Below, piece by piece: positions 6,462 through 12,640 of a stretch of DNA of 40,279 nt (its first letter is position 1; each line of letters starts with the position of its first letter). A program made the position numbers and the translations under genes. The stretch is from IMG/VR virus record IMGVR_UViG_3300045988_083323, positions 1-40,279 of that record; one strand, 5' to 3'. The notes under the pieces are model-generated. The model worked only from the letters and a program-made list of their open reading frames with translations, had not been told where the DNA came from and searched no databases. This DNA is from a virus.

Positions 6462-6743
6462 ATGGGACGGAAGATAAAGCTGCACACATATGAGATCTAC
6501 CTGATCGTTTCCGGCGCCAAGTCCACCATCCTTACCACCACCGACAAAAGAGAGGCGACACGGAAGTACTCCACCCTCTGCGGCGGCGGTGCATTGCCCC
6601 GTATATCCATAGACGGTAAGCAGCTCACCATAGAGGAGGCGTACAACCTGTACAGCGTACAGGACGCAGCCCGTCATCGTGTAGGCAAGTATGTGCGCAA
6701 GCCCGAGATAAGAGGCACAGACAGGAGGAATTACGATGTATAA
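6462..6743 (+). CDS. Hypothetical protein (93 aa).
   Basis: Track ORF with the SD GGAGGGG upstream. Confidence 0.55.
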   Translation: MGRKIKLHTYEIYLIVSGAKSTILTTTDKREATRKYSTLCGGGALPRISIDGKQLTIEEAYNLYSVQDAARHRVGKYVRKPEIRGTDRRNYDV

Positions 6744-7239
6744 GCTCAAAGCCAGCAATCCCCGTCTGGTCCATGAATATGGCCGGGGCATGATCCTGTC
6801 CATGGAAGTGGACGCAGAAAGCGTGGCGGAAGCCCGAGCCCTGATCAATGACCTGCGTATTGGATACATCAGCGTATCCGCAAGCAGATACAGCGCACCC
6901 AAGAGCCCCACGTCTCTCTCTTACTGCTGGGCGCTCATAGACAAGATAGCACAGACCACCAGGCAGCCCAAGACGGAGGTGTACAAGCAGGTGGTGCGGG
7001 AGATCGGCGGCAACAGCGTACAGCGCAGCATCCGGAAGGACGCCCTGCAGGCCTGGAAACGGTCCTGGGAGAGCAATGGCGCCGGCTGGATCGTGGAAGA
7101 AGCGGGAGAGTTTGACGGGTATGTGGATACCATCAACTATTACGGGTCCAGCGCGTATGACGCCTCCCAGATGCACCGCCTCATTGAGAGCGTGGAAGCA
7201 GAGGCCCGTAATCTGGGGATCCCGCTCAGGAGGTCCTGA
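6736..7239 (+). CDS. NinB/Orf-like recombination mediator (tentative).
   Basis: 167 aa. The pattern SLSYCWALIDKIAQ...EVYKQVV...YGSSAYDASQMHRLIESVEAEARNLGI parallels lambda NinB (RSLDQN..LWA...STSRM.V.EF.ELLE.I.AFG.E.G). This comes from a manual comparison made from memory. Confidence 0.5.
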   Translation: MYKLKASNPRLVHEYGRGMILSMEVDAESVAEARALINDLRIGYISVSASRYSAPKSPTSLSYCWALIDKIAQTTRQPKTEVYKQVVREIGGNSVQRSIRKDALQAWKRSWESNGAGWIVEEAGEFDGYVDTINYYGSSAYDASQMHRLIESVEAEARNLGIPLRRS

Positions 7240-7240
7240 C

Positions 7241-7519
7241 ATGGCAAAGAGCATCCTGCAAAACGGCAAGAACAGTTACCTCTCCGGGGATACCCGGTGG
7301 CTGGAGAAGCACCACATCTTCGGCGGGGCGAACCGCAAGCTGAGCGAGAAGTACGGCCTGTGGGTCTGGCTCACCCATTATGAGCACAACGAGCCTCCGT
7401 ACGGAGTGCATTACAACCTGGAGCTCAGGAGAGAGCTCCAGCGTCAGGGACAGGTGGCATTTGAAGCCGCCCACCCGGATCTTGACTTTGTGGCCATCTT
7501 TGGCCGGAACTATCTGTAA
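7241..7519 (+). CDS. Small phage protein of an HNH/zinc-ribbon-like family that has lost its Cys ligands.
   Basis: 92 aa. The ATG at 7241 is preceded by CAGGAGG. The motifs LEKHHIFGGANRKLSEKYGL and FGRNYL are conserved, but SYLSG and LTHYEH occupy positions where I recall CxxCG and CHxCH in relatives. Confidence 0.55.
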   Translation: MAKSILQNGKNSYLSGDTRWLEKHHIFGGANRKLSEKYGLWVWLTHYEHNEPPYGVHYNLELRRELQRQGQVAFEAAHPDLDFVAIFGRNYL

Positions 7520-7528
7520 GGAGGATAT

Positions 7529-7927
7529 ATGCAGAGGATCACACTTATAGGCAATCTGACTCACGATCCCGAGACCCGCGCCACACCCAATGGAGTGACG
7601 GTGTGCAGCTTCACCATCGCCGTCAACCGCAGGTTTGCGTCCCAGAGTGGGGAGAAGCAGACAGACTTCTTCCGCATCAACGCCTGGCGGCAGATGGGGG
7701 ACGCCTGTGCCCGGTACCTGAGCAAGGGTAAAAAGGCAGCGGTCATAGGCGAGCTGCAGGCCCGTACCTATACGGCCAAGGACGGTACTACAAGGCTGTC
7801 TCTGGATGTGCAGGCAGACGAGATCGAGTTCTTATCCCCGAAGGGGAGCGGCGAAACCGCCAAGGTCGAGGAAAGTAAGGATCCGGAAAACTGGCCCGAT
7901 ATGTCGTCTGATGATATCCCATTTTAG
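7529..7927 (+). CDS. ssb: Single-stranded DNA-binding protein.
   Basis: 132 aa. It has an OB-fold N-terminus (ITLIGNLTHDPETR...FFRINAWRQ), an acidic tail and a C-terminus ending DDIPF. Confidence 0.92.
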   Translation: MQRITLIGNLTHDPETRATPNGVTVCSFTIAVNRRFASQSGEKQTDFFRINAWRQMGDACARYLSKGKKAAVIGELQARTYTAKDGTTRLSLDVQADEIEFLSPKGSGETAKVEESKDPENWPDMSSDDIPF

Positions 7928-7938
7928 CAGGAGGAACT

Positions 7939-8829
7939 ATGAAAGTCACGTCGTTTGTATTTTACGAATCCTTCCGGGATGCGAGCCGGAATCTTGATGA
8001 CGCTACACGCCTTGCTCTGTATGAGGCCATTATGGATTACTCCCTTTACGGTGAGGAGCCGGACGAGGGCAACCCTGTAGCTGCCGCCATGTTTAAGCTC
8101 GTGCGCCCCGTGCTGGATACTAACGCAAAGCGGCGGGAGAACGGCAGGAATGGTGGACGGCATGCAAGCACGGATAACCAAGAGGCATCCAAGCCGGAAC
8201 CGGAGAATGAAAAAGCGGAACCCGAGACGGAAGCAAAGGAAAACCCGTTAGAATCCGAAGATAAACCCGTTGAAAACCAAATCGGAACCAAACCGGAACC
8301 AAACCATAACCAAGAGTTAACCAACCCCGAACCTGATAAAATCTATGATGTAGATGTAGATGGGGATAAGGATGTAGATGTCGATATATATTCTACCCCC
8401 CCTACATTCCCCCTCCGGGGGAGCGGAAGGAAAAAAAGTGCGGATATGGATGGATTCGCCTTGTTTTGGCAGGAATACCCACGTAAGGCCGCAAAAGCAG
8501 CCGCCCTGAAAGCATGGCAAAAGCTTAACCCTTCGCCGGAGCTGGTCGAAAGGATCCTCGCTCATGTGAGAGACCACAAAAGGTCGCAGGACTGGATCAA
8601 AGATGGCGGGCAGTTTGTTCCGTATCCGGCTACGTTTCTCAACGGGCGACGTTGGGAGGACGACATTCCACCGGATACAGGGCCGGGGATGGCATACCAC
8701 GGATATCATGAGCGAACGGCGCACAAAACGCTCGAGGATACAGGAACGGTTGTAGATCTGGATCAAGACGGCGCAGGATGGGAGGCCGAGCTTGCCAAGA
8801 CGCGAGAAAGGAGATCAGGGCGTGAGTAA
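7939..8829 (+). CDS. Replisome organizer / replication initiation protein.
   Basis: 296 aa. The N-terminal FYESF...ATRLALYEAIMDY domain is followed by an acidic P/E-rich linker and the C-terminal FWQEYPRK..K..A...W.....W...GQFVPYPATFLNGRRWEDD motif, which is typical of phage replication organizers. Confidence 0.7.
   Translation: MKVTSFVFYESFRDASRNLDDATRLALYEAIMDYSLYGEEPDEGNPVAAAMFKLVRPVLDTNAKRRENGRNGGRHASTDNQEASKPEPENEKAEPETEAKENPLESEDKPVENQIGTKPEPNHNQELTNPEPDKIYDVDVDGDKDVDVDIYSTPPTFPLRGSGRKKSADMDGFALFWQEYPRKAAKAAALKAWQKLNPSPELVERILAHVRDHKRSQDWIKDGGQFVPYPATFLNGRRWEDDIPPDTGPGMAYHGYHERTAHKTLEDTGTVVDLDQDGAGWEAELAKTRERRSGRE
8190..8395. repeat. Iteron cluster plus AT-rich tract inside the organizer gene; candidate origin of replication.
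   Basis: CGGAACC occurs four times (8195, 8216, 8283, 8293), AAACCCGTT twice (8241, 8263) and GATGTAGATG three times (8347-8385). The tract ATATATATT follows at 8384-8392. Confidence 0.4.
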
Positions 8830-8850
8830 GTACATGGCAAAAAATGACAG

Positions 8851-8949
8851 GTGGATGGGATCAAGTTCGACAGCCTCAAAGAGGCGAGGCGGCTGGAGCG
8901 AGATCCGTGGGAGAATTTCAAGCGCTACATGACGGAGGACAAGAAATGA
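8851..8949 (+). pseudogene. Truncated DUF1064-like fragment (GTG-initiated, 32 codons).
   Basis: This frame reads VDGIKFDSLKEARRLERDPWENFKRYMTEDKK. VDGI.FDS..EARR matches the conserved start of DUF1064-type phage proteins (from memory), but the rest of the domain is absent. Confidence 0.3.
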
Positions 8950-9194
8950 CGAGGAGAGGGATGTCAAACGGCAGGGCAACACTGTGCTGGTCATGCGCCA
9001 AAGCATGCAAAAAGTGCAGCTGGAGCCGTAATTTTGAGCCCGTGGAGGGCTGGGAGGCGGAGGAAACAACACTGCAGCAGCCGCCCTACAGAGTGGTGCA
9101 AAGCTACCGGGTGATCAGGTGCCCGGAGTATGAGTGCGATCTGCCTGAAAAACACATGACCGATGGATGCTACGTCAAGGAGGTGCAACAATGA
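8946..9194 (+). CDS. Cys-rich zinc-ribbon-like protein (82 aa).
   Basis: CWSCAKACKKCSWSRNFEPVEGWEAE...IRCPEYECD. The ATG at 8946 is preceded by GGAGGA. The upstream part of the track ORF (from 8844) is an Arg/Gly-rich off-frame read. Confidence 0.6.
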   Translation: MTRRGMSNGRATLCWSCAKACKKCSWSRNFEPVEGWEAEETTLQQPPYRVVQSYRVIRCPEYECDLPEKHMTDGCYVKEVQQ

Positions 9195-9475
9195 CGCTGG
9201 ATGAGAGACGCAGAGTATACGCCGAGGCCATCGCCGTGTACGGAGAGAAGGCCCAGCTCCAGAAGGTGACGGAGGAGCTGGGGGAACTGATCACCGAGGT
9301 ATCCCGCATAGGGACACCGAGAGAAGAACAGCTGCAGGTGCTGGATGAGCTGGCAGACGTGTATGTGATGCTGGAGCAGCTGGCCATGATCGCCAGTATC
9401 TCAGACCGGGCCCTGGATGACCGGATCACCTACAAGGTGGGCAGACTGGGAGGGAGGCTGGCCAATGCGTACTGA
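9191..9475 (+). CDS. MazG-like nucleotide pyrophosphohydrolase (tentative, 94 aa).
   Basis: All-helical, with EELGELITEV and LDELADVYVML acidic motifs like those of small phage MazG proteins. The SD AAGGAGG lies upstream. Confidence 0.5.
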   Translation: MTLDERRRVYAEAIAVYGEKAQLQKVTEELGELITEVSRIGTPREEQLQVLDELADVYVMLEQLAMIASISDRALDDRITYKVGRLGGRLANAY

Positions 9476-9737
9476 GCTGGAGCAGTACAGACGCGCATCT
9501 GACCGCATGCGTAAGCTGGACCCCTACAGAGGGATCCGGAACGAGGCTGAAAAGCGGCTGAAATCCCTGACGCGCTTGCAGAATGAGGTGATCCGCATGC
9601 GTTACTTCCGGCGCATGGAGTGGGTGGCCGTATCCATGGAGCTGCACTACAGCTTGCGGCAGATACACCGCCTCCACAGGCAGGCGATAAGGGCAATGGA
9701 GGAGGCGGGCAATGCAGGAACGCGAACGGTTAATTGA
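9465..9737 (+). CDS. Sigma-70 region-4-like HTH protein (putative transcription activator).
   Basis: 90 aa. LTRLQNEVIRMRYFRRMEWVAVSMELHYSLRQIHRLHRQAI resembles the sigma r4 / LuxR-type HTH. Confidence 0.55.
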   Translation: MRTELEQYRRASDRMRKLDPYRGIRNEAEKRLKSLTRLQNEVIRMRYFRRMEWVAVSMELHYSLRQIHRLHRQAIRAMEEAGNAGTRTVN

Positions 9738-9870
9738 GATATTAAGCCGTAAGGTACACCCACGGGAGGGAATAGACCCGGCAGTAGTGGTAGCGGATTA
9801 TCTCTTAGACAATGATTATGATTTTTTTGCTACGCTGCTGGGAAAGGAGACCGAGAATGCAGTGGATTAG
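9712..9870 (+). CDS. Small hypothetical protein (52 aa).
   Basis: The ATG at 9712 is preceded by GGAGGAGG. The product is MQERERLIEILSRKVHP...VADYLLDNDYDFF. Confidence 0.45.
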   Translation: MQERERLIEILSRKVHPREGIDPAVVVADYLLDNDYDFFATLLGKETENAVD

Positions 9871-10117
9871 CGTAAAGGACAGGCTGCCGGAGGAACGAGA
9901 GAAAGTAATCATCTTGCTGTTGGATGGTCAAATATTCCGGGCAGAAATCCGTAAAAGAGAACTATTGCCTGAATGGTGGTATTACTACGCTGCTGACTGT
10001 ATCGATATGGACGAACTTGGTTATATGTACCCGAACGAAGGCGGGAATTGGTGGTACGGAAACCCTGTCACCCACTGGATGCCTCTCCCAGAGCTGCCGG
10101 AGGAAGTCGCACAATGA
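9857..10117 (+). CDS. DUF551-like phage protein (86 aa).
   Basis: WISVKDRLPEE near the start and THWMPLPELPEE near the end are the DUF551 signature as I recall it. Confidence 0.6.
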   Translation: MQWISVKDRLPEEREKVIILLLDGQIFRAEIRKRELLPEWWYYYAADCIDMDELGYMYPNEGGNWWYGNPVTHWMPLPELPEEVAQ

Positions 10118-10359
10118 CCCTATACGTCTGCTATTACAAAAACGAAGATTGGTGCTGTTACGTTGCCGCACCCACACGGGGAAAGGCAAAGCACCTGTTT
10201 AACGAATGGTACGGGCACGGATGGTATACAGATGTCCGGACGCAGAAGGTCAAAGACTGTCCCGATACGCCGGAAGGTGTATATGACGATAACTGTCCCG
10301 AACTGGAAAAGCTGGGTGTTAGGTATTTGACGGAGGAAGAAATGGAGGAGCAAGAATGA
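10114..10359 (+). CDS. Hypothetical protein (81 aa).
   Basis: ATGA-coupled ATG at 10114, in frame with track ORF 10048-10359. Confidence 0.55.
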   Translation: MTLYVCYYKNEDWCCYVAAPTRGKAKHLFNEWYGHGWYTDVRTQKVKDCPDTPEGVYDDNCPELEKLGVRYLTEEEMEEQE

Positions 10360-10757
10360 GTTGCAGAGGATTTGAAGCGGTTTGTACAAACAATGAAGCC
10401 CGGCAGTATTTTCGGGATAAAGGGCTTACCTATGATGACATTACCGAGGGCGATATTTTGTCCCTGCTGATGCTGCTAAACCGGGAAATCAAAAAGTCTA
10501 ACAAAGCCGGAGAAACATCAGTCAGCACCATGCACATGAGCAGCAAAATCAGCATGAAAAAGCGCACCAACGGGACGATCATAAAATGCTTTTTGTATAT
10601 TAACTCCCACTACTTTACCCGGCGTGAGGCAATCAGCTTTAACGAGGACGGATATATCGGCTTTGCCGGATGGGCAGATCAGGGCAACACAAACCCACTG
10701 CTCCGGGCGTTTTTGCGGTGGTGTGACGATCTGGCGGAAGCAAAGGAGGCAGCATGA
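10356..10757 (+). CDS. Hypothetical protein (133 aa).
   Basis: Track ORF with the SD GGAGGAG and coupled starts and stops. Confidence 0.6.
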   Translation: MSCRGFEAVCTNNEARQYFRDKGLTYDDITEGDILSLLMLLNREIKKSNKAGETSVSTMHMSSKISMKKRTNGTIIKCFLYINSHYFTRREAISFNEDGYIGFAGWADQGNTNPLLRAFLRWCDDLAEAKEAA

Positions 10758-11200
10758 GGTGTGATTTATGCCCCCTGTCTGACCCGGAAGCAGAAGGAAA
10801 ATTCGGGATCGAGCACAAAGACGGTGTGCTTGGCTGCAAACACCCCCGGAACTGGGTGGAAAAACGAGACAGCGAACATGCCGCCTATTACGGGAAAATG
10901 GGGCTGGATATGGGCATAGAGATGGACTTGACGGCAGAAGAGCTTGTCAGAGCCATAGAGATCTGCAAGCACATGGTTGGACTGGACTCCGAGCGCCCGT
11001 ATCATCGTCACGGCAAGGCTTTTTATCGGGCATATAGGAATTACTACGGAGACGTGCCGGAGGGAAACAGACTGCTGGATAAATTGCCAGAGTGCCTATT
11101 CAGAGTCCACCGGAATGAGCGTGGAGCGACATATCATCTCACAAAAACCGGCTTGGAGTGGCTGGGGAGACAGTTGAAAATAAAGATAACGAGGAGGTAA
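10754..11200 (+). CDS. Hypothetical protein (148 aa).
   Basis: Track ORF with the SD AAAGGAGG. Confidence 0.6.
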   Translation: MRCDLCPLSDPEAEGKFGIEHKDGVLGCKHPRNWVEKRDSEHAAYYGKMGLDMGIEMDLTAEELVRAIEICKHMVGLDSERPYHRHGKAFYRAYRNYYGDVPEGNRLLDKLPECLFRVHRNERGATYHLTKTGLEWLGRQLKIKITRR

Positions 11201-11205
11201 GCAGC

Positions 11206-11253
11206 ATGATCTTATACGGCAAACCAGCGCTCGGCCATATAGCCGATCTATAA
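11206..11253 (+). pseudogene. 15-codon stub that duplicates the 5' end of the FolD-like gene.
   Basis: The stub reads ATGATCTTATACGGCAAACCAG (MILYGKP) behind a GAGGAGG SD, against ATGATACTGTACGGCAAACCAG at 11611. It stops after 15 codons. Confidence 0.45.
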
Positions 11254-11281
11254 AAAACAAAAAACGAAAGGAAACACAATC

Positions 11282-11614
11282 ATGAAAAAAGCAATGTTAA
11301 TTCAGCCTATGGCGGGGAAAACCAACGAGGAAATCGTAGCAACCAGAGAACGGGCAATAGCCACTCTCACCGAAAAGGGATATGAAATCATCAACACACT
11401 ATTTACGGACGAGTGGTACGGCAAGGATGCGATGGAGAGCAGAGGTGTTGTGCAGATACCGCTATGTTTTTTGGCTAAATCACTGGAAAATATGTCTTTG
11501 TGCCATGCAGCATACTTTTGCAGGGGTTGGGAAAAAGCAAGAGGATGCAGGATCGAGCATGAAGCCGCAAAAGCGTATGGGCTGGAAATCATATACGAAG
11601 AGGATCCCGCATGA
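11282..11614 (+). CDS. DUF4406 / nucleoside 2-deoxyribosyltransferase-like protein.
   Basis: 110 aa. The C-terminal GWEKARGCRIEHEAAKAYGLEI matches the GWe.S.Ga..E...A motif of that family (from memory). Confidence 0.6.
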   Translation: MKKAMLIQPMAGKTNEEIVATRERAIATLTEKGYEIINTLFTDEWYGKDAMESRGVVQIPLCFLAKSLENMSLCHAAYFCRGWEKARGCRIEHEAAKAYGLEIIYEEDPA

Positions 11615-12336
11615 TACTGTACGGCAAACCAGTAGCGGATGCCCTACGGGAGCAGTACGCAGAGCGGATTGAGGCAATGGCGTGGAAGAGGACGCTGACG
11701 GTGATTAGAGATGAGACGGAGGATAAGCGTTATCTGGCGGCAATCCAGCGGGAAGCGGAAAAGTGGAAGGCTCACGTTGTGTATGCTGCAAGCGCCATAA
11801 ACGCTGCGCAAAAGGGCGCATGCCGTGTGATAGATATCCGGCGAGAGCCACAGCCCATGATTAGTTTTGTTGCGGTGGACGGGCAGGATAACTGGGGGCA
11901 GCTGCAAGCCTACCGTGGTGTGCTTTGCGAGAGTACCGCTTGCACCGCCGAAGCGATCATCCGTATGCTGGACTACTACGATATCCCAATAGCGGGCAAA
12001 TATGCGGTAGTAATCGGGCGGTCTGAGCGTGTAGGCAAGCCCACGGCCATGCTCCTACTGTCTCGGGATGCCACTGTGACCGTGTGCCACAGCAAGACTG
12101 ACAAGGTAAAACTGATTGGGCAGGTAGGCAATGCGGATATTGTCGTATGTGCATCGGGGCAAAAGGACTTGCTGGACTGGACGTGGGTGCGTCGTGGATG
12201 CACGGTAATTAACGTAGGAGGGGACTATGTTTGTGATGGGTACGATGAGTACGATCCTGGGATCAACCTCATCCCCTTCAAGGGCGGCGTGGGGCCTGTG
12301 ACCACGGCAGTATTGATGAGCCATGTGCTGATGTAA
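11611..12336 (+). CDS. FolD-like protein (methylene-THF dehydrogenase/cyclohydrolase fold), divergent.
   Basis: 241 aa. CTAEAIIRMLDYYDIPIAGKYAVVIGRSERVGKPTAMLLLSRDATVTVCHSKT...ADIVVCASG...INVG....GGVGPVTTAVLM aligns with the FolD NAD(P)-binding domain. The N-terminal domain is shortened. Confidence 0.7.
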   Translation: MILYGKPVADALREQYAERIEAMAWKRTLTVIRDETEDKRYLAAIQREAEKWKAHVVYAASAINAAQKGACRVIDIRREPQPMISFVAVDGQDNWGQLQAYRGVLCESTACTAEAIIRMLDYYDIPIAGKYAVVIGRSERVGKPTAMLLLSRDATVTVCHSKTDKVKLIGQVGNADIVVCASGQKDLLDWTWVRRGCTVINVGGDYVCDGYDEYDPGINLIPFKGGVGPVTTAVLMSHVLM

Positions 12337-12355
12337 TACACTTTTCAATTTCACA

Positions 12356-12382
12356 ACGGGCGCATTTTTGTGCCCGTTTTTC
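12356..12382 (+). terminator. Intrinsic terminator of the early operon.
   Basis: A CGGGCGCA/TGTGCCCG stem with a TTTT loop, followed by TTTTT (12377-12381). Confidence 0.7.
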
Positions 12383-12392
12383 ATTTTGGGTA

Positions 12393-12421
12393 TTGACTTT
12401 TTATTATGCGTATGCTATTCT
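12393..12421 (+). promoter_or_regulatory. Promoter of solitary-repeat unit 1.
   Basis: TTGACT (12393-12398), a 17-nt spacer, then TGcTATTCT (extended -10, 12413-12421). The repeat starts 7 nt downstream. Confidence 0.6.
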
Positions 12422-12427
12422 CTATTT

Positions 12428-12458
12428 GTCCCCCAGAAATGGGGTGTTGGATTGAAAT
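12428..12458 (+). CRISPR. Solitary type I-C-like CRISPR repeat 1 (31 nt).
   Basis: The sequence is GTCCCCCAGAAATGGGGTGTTGGATTGAAAT, with a CCCCA/TGGGG stem, a GAAA loop and a GGATTGAAAT tail. Confidence 0.8.
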
Positions 12459-12515
12459 GTAGCGAATGGTAATTTGACTTTCGCGGAAAAACGGAGCTTA
12501 ATGGCTCCGTTTTTT
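12428..12515 (+). ncRNA. Predicted ~88-nt crRNA-like transcript 1: repeat, 33-nt segment, terminator hairpin.
   Basis: Bounded by the promoter at 12393-12421 and the terminator (CGGAGC 12492-12497 / GCTCCG 12504-12509, then six Ts). The ORFs overlapping it are spurious. Confidence 0.6.
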
Positions 12516-12516
12516 C

Positions 12517-12545
12517 TTGACATTTTGCGTTGCATCGAGTATAAT
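12517..12545 (+). promoter_or_regulatory. Promoter of solitary-repeat unit 2.
   Basis: Perfect consensus: TTGACA (12517-12522), a 17-nt spacer, then TATAAT (12540-12545). The repeat starts 7 nt downstream. Confidence 0.7.
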
Positions 12546-12551
12546 CAGTTT

Positions 12552-12583
12552 GTCGCCCCGGAAACGGGGTGTTGGATTGAAAC
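12552..12583 (+). CRISPR. Solitary type I-C-like CRISPR repeat 2 (32 nt).
   Basis: The sequence is GTCGCCCCGGAAACGGGGTGTTGGATTGAAAC, with 5' GTCGC, a GC stem, a GAAA loop and a GGATTGAAAC tail. Confidence 0.85.
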
Positions 12584-12640
12584 ATGGTGAGAAACAATTA
12601 GTTTTTCGAGGAAAAGCGGAGCCGTTGAGCTCCGCTTTTC
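12552..12640 (+). ncRNA. Predicted ~88-nt crRNA-like transcript 2: repeat, 32-nt segment, terminator hairpin.
   Basis: The terminator is GCGGAGC (12616-12622) / GCTCCGC (12629-12635) followed by TTTTCTATTTT. The hairpin can also terminate the convergent minus-strand operon. Confidence 0.6.

Noticed and set aside
5774-6487. Alternative-frame and antisense ORFs across the 24-bp tandem repeat (5774-6487 -, 5834-6367 +, 5874-6332 +).
   Set aside because: They stay open only because the repeat unit lacks stops in every frame. Frame 5515-6426 alone has an SD, translational coupling and non-repeat N- and C-terminal domains.
11611-12336. Annotating the gene as a functional bifunctional FolD enzyme.
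   Set aside because: By manual alignment the catalytic Lys position is Ile, the PCTP motif is altered and the N-terminal domain is truncated. Only the FolD-like fold is claimed.
12428-12583. Treating the two I-C-like repeats as a canonical two-repeat, one-spacer CRISPR mini-array.
   Set aside because: The 93 nt between them is about three times the length of a I-C spacer. It also contains an intrinsic terminator followed by a perfect TTGACA-17-TATAAT promoter. They are therefore two separate transcription units, each with a single repeat.
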